Source: Octopus vulgaris (Eukaryota). From it: a stretch of 64,000 nucleotides of DNA. The stretch lies in the NCBI GenBank assembly GCA_951406725.2, contig OX597824.1:34286001-34350000 (forward strand), read 5' to 3'. The translations under genes were made by a program, and so were the position numbers. Below, piece by piece: positions 54,407-64,000 of the stretch (position 1 is its first letter; each line of letters opens with the position of its first letter). The notes below the pieces were generated by a model, which saw only the letters and a program-made list of their open reading frames with translations, was not told the origin of the DNA and ran no database searches.

Positions 54407-54452
54407 CCACTACAATTGTTTCATGTCTCTTCTCAGGACATTCATCAGGTGG
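54407..54452 (-). ncRNA. Type I hammerhead ribozyme (intact minimal)
   Basis: Minus strand reads CCAC-CTGATGA-ATGTC(ctgagaaga)GACAT-GAAA-CAATTG-TA-GTGG. All core nucleotides and stems are present; stem III is palindromic. Confidence 0.85.
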
Positions 54453-54597
54453 ATTTCAGATTTTCTATTCTATTTTATATATATATATATAGGGAGAGTT
54501 TACGAAAAAAACAACAAAAGACGAAGACAGGTGGTGTACAAAATAAACAGATGTATTAGTATAACGCTCAGATATCTGTGTGTGTGTGTGTGTGCGC

Positions 54598-54629
<32 letters not shown>

Positions 54630-54899
54630 GCGTGTGTGTGTGTGTATGAACAAGTTTTTTTAACCTTAAAGTTGAACATCTGAAAAGAAAAACGTAATTC
54701 CTGGGCCGAGTTAAAGATAAATTAATTAATAAAAAAATAAATGAATAAAAATAGATACTGGCTGACAAACCTGATAGCCTTAGTACAGAAACCAATATAA
54801 ATAACAAAACAAAAATTTGTTCATAAGAGTTTTATAGCAATCAAATAATTTACTTTGCCTAAAATATCACAAATTTCTAGTTCTCACATAATGGCCCAC

Positions 54900-55275
54900 A
54901 GCCATATGGCGTAGTTGTTAGGAGTGTGGGCTACAAACCCCAAGGATCTGAGTTCAATCCCAGGCAGTGACATGAATAATAATAATAATAATATTAATAA
55001 TAATATTAATAATAATATTAATAATAATAATAATAATTCGTTTTATTGGCCACAAGGGCTGACAAAAATCAATTAAAATATAAAGAATTATTATTATTAT
55101 TTCGATCCCAGGCAGTAACCTGAATAATAATAATAATAATAACATAGAAAAATGAGAACCCAGGTTCGAAATTTCCTCAAGACACTTGATGAAGGCTGGA
55201 GGGTATATCAGCGGAAACGTGTTAACAACAAATAAGATGAGGACAAATATCTGTCAGATGTAAATACTGTATAAT
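54900..55275 (+). mobile_element. Same tRNA-head/HHR family, copy 3
   Basis: A box-like TGGCGTAGTTG 54907-17, B box-like GTTCAATCC 54952-60, duplicated B-box segment near 55101, HHR-like GACAC-TTGATGA-AGGCTG...CAGCG-GAAACGT-GTT at 55181-55223. Confidence 0.65.
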
Positions 55276-55589
55276 TGCATTCTCTTATAATACATCTAGG
55301 AAGTATTATAGGTATATAAATTGATCCAGTACTTAACTGTAACTTTATTTTAATGTTCCCCAACTCCAAGGGATGAAATTCCTAGTTGATTATGGTAAGA
55401 TTTGAACTCAAAACATAGAAGTGACTAATTAAATACCACAAGACATTTAAAAAAAAATTCTAATGAGTCTGCTAATCTACTGTTTAGATTTTTTTAAATT
55501 TGCATTTTTTTTTTCTCAATCAAATCAAAATTGTATTGCAAGCATTGTAATTTCCTCTTAGACTAGTCCCGATATGGATCTCTCTTCTA

Positions 55590-55950
55590 TCTTACTCTTT
55601 ACTCTTTTACTTGTTTCAGTCATTTGACTGCAGCCATGCTGGAGCACCATCTTTAGTTGAGCAAATCGACTCCAGGACCTATTCTATCGGTCTCTTTTGC
55701 CAAACCGCTAAGTTACGGGGATGTAAACACACCAGCATCGGTTGTCAAGTGATGTTGGAGGGGACAAACACAGACACACAAAGATATACACACACATACA
55801 TATATATGCATATATACGACGGGCTTCTTTCAGTTTCCGTCTACCAAATCCACTCACAAGGCTTTGGTCAGCCCGAGGCTATAGTGGGACTGAACCCGGA
55901 ACCATGTGGTTGGTTAGTAAGCTACTTACCACACAGCCACTCCTGTGCCT
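55590..55950 (-). mobile_element. tRNA-derived SINE, family B
   Basis: Homologous to 3739-4139, with a tandem (actctttt) tail. Confidence 0.8.
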
Positions 55951-56039
55951 TGGTTATCTTTATTCCATAATATCCCTTTTTTACAATTTGTGGTTAATTT
56001 TTATTTTATTTTTGTGCATTTAAACTAAAATTGGTGCTC

Positions 56040-56357
56040 TGTTAGTTCTGACAACAAGGATTCTAGTTGATCCAGTCAATGGAACAGCCTGCTTGTAAAA
56101 CTAACATACAAATGGCTGAGTGTCCTGCAGACATGCATACACTTCACATGCTGTCATGCTGAGTCTCCCTCAGCACAACACAGAATTTGACAAGGGTGGC
56201 TCTTTGAATTACAGGTAAAACTAATTTTAGCCAGTTAAGTGGACTGGAGCAAAGTGAAATAAAGTGTCTTACTCAAGGACACAATGCACTGTCAGGAATT
56301 AAACTCACAACCTTACAACTGTAAGCTGAATACCCTAACCACTAAGCCATGTGTCTT
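56040..56357 (-). mobile_element. tRNA-derived SINE, family D (CORE-like)
   Basis: Minus strand tggcttagtggttaggg head and gtgtccttgag..agacactt motif. Related copies at ~58200-58500 (-), ~34670-34915 (-) and ~38768-39080 (+). Confidence 0.7.
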
Positions 56358-56479
56358 CTTTGTACATTTAAAGTACTATACTCAGGTGACCCTTGCAACT
56401 AGGTTCTACCATTTCTTGATTGGTAATTATTTCTTGGACTGGTGAATTACTTATAGGTCCTTCATCATGTAAGATCATA

Positions 56480-56875
56480 ATTATCAACCATCTTACAAAC
56501 AATAACTCTGAGCACCTTTTCAAACTCCACCTGTCTAACACCCGTGGACATGTTTACAAAGTCAGAAAAGAGCACAGCTCCCATGACTTTCAGAAACATT
56601 TTTTCATGCTAAGAGTTACTGAAGCATGGAACAAACTGCCGGCATCAGTTGTTAGTTGTTGGAGCACTGCATCCTTCAAAACTTCCATGCTTCCTGAGAT
56701 TCGCCAACACTACACCTGGTTTTCTCCCCTCCATACACACACAAGCATGTATCTGACTCATACATTGTTCACTTTCCAGACATTTGTACATTACTGCATA
56801 TACTCTATATGCACTTTCTGACAAGTTGTGGTGCACCTGAGCACTGTATAAAATAATTTCATTATTATATTATTA
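56480..56875 (+). mobile_element. CR1-type LINE 3' end
   Basis: TRGHVYKVRK...KHFFMLRVTEAWNKLPASVV...FK motif and (ATT) tail. Confidence 0.75.
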
Positions 56876-59139
56876 TAATCAACTGGACAAGTTCAAGTAT
56901 TTCTGGTAATTCCACAGTATGGTTGCTTTCATGGAAAGAGAAGTTCTGCTTTCACAGTTTTATCACAAACTTCACTTCTTGTTGAGAGTTTGTGTGGCTT
57001 TAAATTGAATAAGACTTTAGACTGCATCCACTAATGGGGCCCTGTTTAAGGAGTTCCAGGGTTTTGAAGACTATGGAACTGCCTCTTAGCCACTATTGTT
57101 CCTAGATCTGCTTTAACTCAGAGTAGCACCACTTGTCAGGGCTCTAGCTAGGGTTTATAAGATGTCATGGAACCGCATAAGGGAAAAGTTCACTCACAAA
57201 CACCCCAACAGTCTTATGGCAGATGAAGTCTTTCAGTACTTTAACCGCTCGTCTAAGAGGAGGTAACTCCATACAAATCCTGCATCCTGATATCTATCTG
57301 GTTCATGGTACTTGTACTAGATTAATACAAGATTAAATGATGAACGGGTGGGAATGGCTTTATTATCATCACAAACCATGCCCCACTGTGATAATAATAA
57401 ATCCCTGTTACTTTGGGGGTAATTTATTGAACATTTAAAAAAAGCCAAAGGAGTAACCCCTTACAGGAAATTAGGGACCCTAAAGCAGATATGTACAGTT
57501 TTACTTAACCTGTATCTGACATCTCCTATGACTCCATGGATGCTGTGAATACACTGACTTGTCTTTCCTTTATGATGTGTCCATGATTAGAGATGGTAAG
57601 TAGACTTGGGGCTAAGCATTTGCTTCTGGAAGCAACCCAGGTACAGCGAGGGTGGTTAAGCTACTATCTCTGTAATAACATTGCCCAACAACAAAAATGG
57701 CCATTTCATTTGTGGTTGTGCATGGTACATAGTTTACAAGTTTATAGGAAATTAATAATGTCGGATTGCTCTATCCCTGTTTCATTAACTGTTTTGTTCA
57801 ATTTACTTTTCTTTTACTAACTTTACTTTACTGTAACCTTGGTTGATCTTTTTTTCTGTCAATAATTTATGTATTTTCATTTTCAGAAAATTAAGAGATG
57901 TTAATAAAGATTTGAACAAAACCATGTCACTTTTAATATTTTTTGCTTGAAAGCTAGCTTTTTATTTCTGAATTTCGTGTCAGTTGCATTGTGAGACATA
58001 AGCATTCTCAGAGCAATTAGAGGTTCCATATATTTGGCCCCCAAAAAATATGTAATAACAACAATGGTGTGTAAATAACACATTAGATCCAGCATGGGCT
58101 GTACAAGACCCACATAGACACATACACCTTCTCTCTCTCTCTCTCTCTCTCTCTCATTCCAGTTAGCCTCATTAAACTATAACTGATACTACATTGGTTA
58201 TGACAAGTGTTCTAGTTGTTCCAATGGATGGAACAACCTGCTTGTGAAATGAACATGAAAGTGGCTGAACACTCCACAAACACACGTACTCTTAATGCTG
58301 TTCTCAGAGAGATTCACTGTGACACAGAATGTGACAAGGCTGGCCATTTGAATTATAGGTACAGTTCATTTTTGCCAGCTGAGTGAACTGCAGCAACATG
58401 AAATGAAATGTCTTACTCAAGGACATAACACACCACTGAGCACCAAACTCATGACCTTATGACTGTGAGCCAATTACCCCTAACCACTAAGCCATGTGTC
58501 GTCACTATATTCACATTAAACTATAAAGTACACAGAACTATACAACACACCACTTGTTACAAGCTGAAACATTCACACTCCATGCAACTTCCTTTAAAAT
58601 CATCTGCAAAAGCCCAGACAATATACAACTCACATTAACACTACAACAATAACATCCTAAAAATGCTATCTTTCAGACCAGACACACATAACAACACTTA
58701 AGTACAGGAAAAGCTCCAAACATTGATAACTTGATTTGTTCCAAAAACTGCATACCTTTACATTTCAAGTGCAAAGGCACAGCAAAATGTTGCCCTTTGA
58801 TCAAGACCACTTTGATATTTAAATTTATATTTAATCTTCTTGATAAGTTTACCAAGACTTTCATCAGTCACTTAAAAAGAAACAAAACATTTTGACATGC
58901 CATGCAGGCGACACGCTGTGCCAGTGACATGTAAAAGGCACTCACTACACTTTTGGAGTGGTTGGCATTAGGAGGAGCATCCAGCTGAAGAAAACAAGCC
59001 AAATCAAACTGGAGCCTGGTACTGCTCTCCAGCGTACCAGTTCCAGTCAGACTGTGTAACCCATACCAGCATGGAAAACCGATGTTAAATGGTGATAATG
59101 ATGGTGGTGGTGGTAGTGGTGGTTCTGTTGACTTGAAGT

Positions 59140-59371
59140 TTAATCCTTTTGCATTTAAACCAGCCATACATATCTGGCCCAAATATTCTACCTGTTTTAT
59201 GTTCAAACTGGCCAGACTCAGCCTCTTATACCAACCTTACATTGTCATTTTAAAAATAAACAGCCACATCATCAAAATCTCAAAGCTACTAGATAATGCT
59301 TGATTAATTCAAAACAAAGTGAATAAATAAGTATTATATTTGACTGAGCAATCTGAATGCTAAAGCATTAA
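59140..59371. mobile_element. piggyBac-like MITE
   Basis: TTAA at both ends with degenerate TIRs (ccttttgcatt / aatgctaaagc). An inverted relative lies at ~17430-17660. Confidence 0.55.
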
Positions 59372-59729
59372 ATTTGTCTCTGGGAAAAGCAAATACTTCT
59401 CACCATAACAGTCTCTGAAGAAATGTATTATCCAATATATGGATGTTTATGATGGTATAAAGGAATTAAAACCCTGTATAGTGGCAACAGCTATTCAGAA
59501 CAAAGATATTTTATGTTTGATGTACAAGACAAGTCGCGTTGAAACTGGTTAAGGAAGCAATACTAAGTTACTGGCTATGTAGGAGGGTAAAAGTTTCAAT
59601 GGAACTCTCTCTCTCATCAAAAGTAGGTATACAGTAAAGATTATACTAGTATTATAATAGTGGTGCTAAGATTAATTCAATACTAGAATTCATTTAATAT
59701 ATAAAAATTATTATTACTATTTTTAATAT

Positions 59730-60006
59730 TTCTTTTTCTGGGGATGTGAAAAAGACAGTTTTCACATCCAAGCTACATTCTGTTGATTCCACTATTTAGT
59801 TCATACAGAAGGCTTGCCAGGAAATTGATGCTGATAAAGACCTTTGTGCTAGAGTATGCATCGGTGTCCACACTCGACTAATGGCGTTTATGTTATACCA
59901 GGAGCAAACTGTTTGAATGTTTGAGGGATTAAATAATTTATTATTGATAGGTTTGTATAATCAATAAAACACGTTTTGTGCACAAGTTTTGCTTTCCATT
60001 ACTGTA
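59730..60006 (+). mobile_element. Tc1/mariner-superfamily transposase C-terminal relic
   Basis: WG.VKKTVF...IQKACQEI...LCARVC...RL motif and a terminal ...ccattactgTA. Confidence 0.5.
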
Positions 60007-60664
60007 TACATACTTTTCTTAGTTAAATGAATCAGCCCCTGTAATTCTTTTTTCTTAAAGCCTGGTACTTATTTTATCAGTCTCTTTTGCCAAACTGCTA
60101 GGTTACAGAGATGTAAACACATTAAAACCAATTGTCAAGCAGTGGTCGGACACACACACACACACACCATGGGCTTCTTTAAGTTTCTGTCTACCAAATC
60201 CACTCACAAGGCTTTGGTTGGCCTGACGCTATAGCAGAAGACACTTGCCCAAGATGTCACACAGTGGGACTGACCTTGAAGCCATGTGGTTGGGAGGTGA
60301 GCTTCTTACCACACAGCCATATGTGTTCATGTGTGTGTGTGTATATGTGTGTGTATTTGTGTGTGAATGTATGTGTATATATACAACTACACACACACAT
60401 ATATATAACATACGTATACATGTATGCGTGTTGAGCAGTTAATCCCTACACATTTTTTTCCTTTCCAATTTTTTTCCTCTCAACCTTTTCTGTCAAAGAG
60501 CATAAGCTTGAAATGTTGAAGACTTTCCATTCTTCCTGAGTATCAAACTAATGCACCTGCTTGTTGTTCTCTTACCTGTCACCACAGTCAAATGACTAAA
60601 ACAAGTAAAGAAAAACCATTCATGGAAAGCAGACGTTAAATGACGATGATGATGATACACACAC

Positions 60665-60717
<53 letters not shown>

Positions 60718-60940
60718 TGTATGTATGTGTATATATATATATATATATATATTTGTGGTGAATCATTTACTCAGAAAGATATTCTAATTCTATATATATA
60801 TATATCTTATATATATATCTAAGATGTAGAGTAGTTTATGTGTGTGTGTGTGTATATATACATATATATATATGTGTGTGGTGCCCCAGCATGGCCACAG
60901 CTCAAGAGCTGAAACTGGAAAACACAAACACACACACACG

Positions 60941-60976
<36 letters not shown>

Positions 60977-61052
60977 TACATATATATATATATATATATA
61001 TACATATATACATACATGCATGCATATATATATACATATATATATACATATA

Positions 61053-61404
61053 TACTCTTTTACTTGTTTCAGTCATTTGACTGTGGTCATGCTGGAGCAC
61101 CGCCTTTAATCGAGCAACTCGACCCCGGGACTTATTCTTTGAAACTCCAGTACTTATTCTATCTTTGCAAACAAGCGATGTTGGGGGGACAAACACAGAT
61201 ATACAAACTCACACACACACACATATATATATACATATATACGACGGGCTTCTTTCAGTTTCCATCTACCAAATCCACTCACAAGGCTTTGGTCGGCCCG
61301 AGGCTATAGTAGAAGACACTTGCCCAAGGTGCCACGCAGTGGGACTGAACCCGGAACCATGTAGTTGGTAAACAAGCTACTTACCACACAGCCACTCCTG
61401 CGCC
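61053..61404 (-). mobile_element. tRNA-derived SINE, family B
   Basis: Reverse complement of 3739-4139. Confidence 0.85.
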
Positions 61405-61423
61405 TATATATATACATATATAT

Positions 61424-61485
<62 letters not shown>

Positions 61486-62734
61486 GCATATACATGCATA
61501 TATACATATATATCAGGGGGGGGGAGTGCGAGGTGAGGAATGAAGGACAGTCTCCATAACCTGTTCAGTACCTCCAAGAGTTAAAAAGAAGTTATCCTCT
61601 AAATAGATTCTTGGTCGGAATGGTTGCAACAGGGTACATTCTGCTAGAGGATTTCAAGGGGAGGTAGCTGTTATTAAATCAGGTAATCGATTGAGTCTAC
61701 CCTAAACATGTAAATCACGAGAATCCCAGCTCCTTTAAAATAAAAGATACATAGCAGTCTTAAATATTTAAAGGTATTATCTCTTTATTAAATACTATAT
61801 CTCCTGTTGAACGTTGCGGGCCAACTTTGGAAAGAGCTGCATCAGTGTTTGGTTTTTGAGTTTGAAACCCCATGGAATCCCATTGCCTTTTATGGTTCTA
61901 AGGGCCATTAAATGAATATCACAAAATACTAGAGGCGGTTATTATTATTTATACTAATTAAATTTGCTAACTAGTTATGTTATAGCCTCTATTTCGTTAA
62001 TTAATTAGTAACAACGTATATTTTATTTTATTATATTTATAGTATAATTGTAGTAAAGTAAGTTTCTATTTTATTATAGTAAAATAATTATATATAATAG
62101 TAATGTATTTTACAATAGAAATAATTAACTGGGTTATAGAAATAGCAATGGACTTGTCTATTTAGTATATCCTTTCATGCGTAGTATATGAGTTTGTCGT
62201 TAGTTTTACTCCGTCATTAATCGTGTCTTCTTGCAATTCCAGTTCCACAACTCTGACATTTGTTTCCCTTTGCCCCTAACTTCTCCCTCCTCTCCTTCCT
62301 CTCTTATAACTGTATCCTCTGCCTTCTCCTCCCATTCAAATTGCTACGTTTCACCGTCATGCAGATCTTCTCACTCGATCATTCAGCACTAACAGCCAAA
62401 ATCATTTACCCTTAGCCGACTTCGCTTACATTTCTTTCTTTTCTTGTCACATCTCTTCCATTCATCGTTTTTTTTTTCGTCCGTCAGACTTTCCGAAGTC
62501 TGTCATTTCATCTGTCTGTAGCTAAAGTAGTCTTTATGGTGTGGTATCAGCTCGTAGGGTGTTTTAGAGTGACAAGGTATCACCCAATTCCTGCTACAAT
62601 TATTCACTCGAAAGGAAATAACAACAGAAAGGAAATAGGAGAAATAAACAGAAGACTTTAGGAAAAAAAAAATAAAGCAAAATCAAAAAGTGAAGGGTTG
62701 AATAATAAATGAAAGGAAGAAGGTTAATCAAGAA

Positions 62735-62860
62735 GAAAGCTAGGCTCGAGCGGAACGGACGGAAGCCAAGCAGAAGATAAAGCAGCTTGCAAAGGGCTAC
62801 CGGTGTCGTCGTTGTTTATCGTTCATTCATTCTTGTGTTAGTGAATGAATCTTGTTGAAG
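62735..62860 (+). promoter_or_regulatory. Putative proximal promoter/5' UTR of the LCLAT1-like gene
   Basis: Locally CpG-rich unique sequence with ETS-like CGGAA motifs (gcggaacggacggaagcc) just upstream of the ATG. TSS not determined. Confidence 0.45.
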
Positions 62861-63037
62861 ATGACCAGTCGCTCGGCAGTATGTCTCGGAGTGACCTTTA
62901 GCTGTCTTGTATTCCTTAGTAGTATGATGGGGACACTCTTCTTGCTGACGCCCGTCCTACCAGTTACCCTTTTTGAGCCCTTCTGGGGACGATGGTTATT
63001 AGATACGATCGTCCTTTCCTGGAAACTCTACGTCGTG
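62861..63037 (+). CDS. LCLAT1: First coding exon of a lysocardiolipin acyltransferase 1-like protein (AGPAT/PlsC family)
   Basis: ATG at 62861, 59 codons MTSRSAVCLGVTFSCLVFLSSMMGTLFLLTPVLPVTLFEPFWGRWLLDTIVLSWKLYVV, then a phase-0 donor GTG|gtaagt at 63038. It aligns without gaps to the recalled human LCLAT1 N-terminus (GIYFILTLFWGSFFGSIFMLSPFLPLMFVNPSWYRWINNRLVATWLTLPV). Confidence 0.85.
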
Positions 63038-64000
63038 GTAAGTTTAATTAATATTTCTACTAAACAACTATATACATAATCCTTTTCCCCACTGGCTGCG
63101 TGCGTACGATCTGATACCAGCATTAATAAGTCTACTTTCAAATTCTGCGAAACAGATCGATAGAACTTTTCGCCAACAGTAAATTCCTCGCCACTTAACA
63201 GTTGCTGCTTTTATTCATGCTTTTAACAACAAAAACAAAACATTCCTTTAATATATTTTGCCGATAGTTTGTTTAACTTTGCTTACAATAAATCATTTAT
63301 TTCCTTGCACGTGATATCGATTCTATTTTCACAAATAGAAGTTTTCAAAAATCTTCCTCTACGCAAATTTGACTTTGTTGAGTCATTCTTCGTTCTGCTA
63401 CCAAACTGTATATACCCAAACATTCTTTAGATATTTAAAATATACGTAATTTTTAATGTAAACTTGAAAACTGTAATGTCGATGCTAATATTTGTTTTGT
63501 TTTTCCTGCTGCTAACTTTTATACTTCGACCTCAAAGCCATTGAAATTTTCCTCACTTTTGTTAATTATGTTGTAAGACGACTAACTTTATTATTCTGTT
63601 TGCAAAGCAAATTTAAAAACATTGTTATATCGTGTAATACTTAAACGAGCAGATGTTATGCTAGTGTTGGTCTTTGCAAATTGTACAAATATACTTGTCT
63701 TCTGTGTTGCAGACATTAATTTTAAATTAATGGATATTTATGTTCTTTCTCCTTGACAGCTAAACAAAATAATTGTGGATAAATTTCCGCTTTATAGTTT
63801 TTATTGTTTTGTTTTGCTTAAACTATATGAAACAGAGTTTATGAATCGGTTTTGAGTTTCAAAAACCTCTCCGGAAAATTAAACCGTTTGTCAGTTACAT
63901 GATAAGCCTAACCTGCTAGAAACAGCAGCAAATCTTCCCTTACCTTTAGAAAAAAAAAAGGGGAGAAAGAACACATCAGATAATGATGTTTTAGACATCC

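Noticed and set aside
59742-59769. Perfect 11 bp hairpin GGATGTGAAAA/TTTTCACATCC
   Set aside because: Lies within a transposase relic; no independent evidence of function.

Overview
AT-rich, repeat-saturated eukaryotic DNA. The SINE families, RTE tails and extreme microsatellite load suggest an octopod cephalopod genome (inference). Two host protein-coding segments are supported. One is a minus-strand open exon at <1-1137 (379 codons, Ser/Thr/Asp/Lys-rich, probably disordered, unidentified, absent from the ORF track because it runs off the window edge). The other is the first coding exon of a plus-strand LCLAT1-like lysocardiolipin acyltransferase at 62861-63037. The ~61 kb between these divergent genes holds tRNA-derived SINEs (at least 4 families), RTE/Tx1/CR1 LINE relics, Tc1-mariner, hAT and piggyBac-type relics and microsatellites. 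Most ORFs in the supplied track are microsatellite or SINE artefacts. The most notable hidden layer is a set of about 10 type I hammerhead ribozyme (HHR) motifs from several unrelated Penelope-like element (PLE) families: 3 have an intact catalytic core and the rest are degenerate. One family carries a tRNA-like Pol III A/B-box cassette directly upstream of the HHR, and its terminus also flanks a GIY-YIG endonuclease fragment. Repeat boundaries were read by eye and are approximate; family names come from recall, not database searches.
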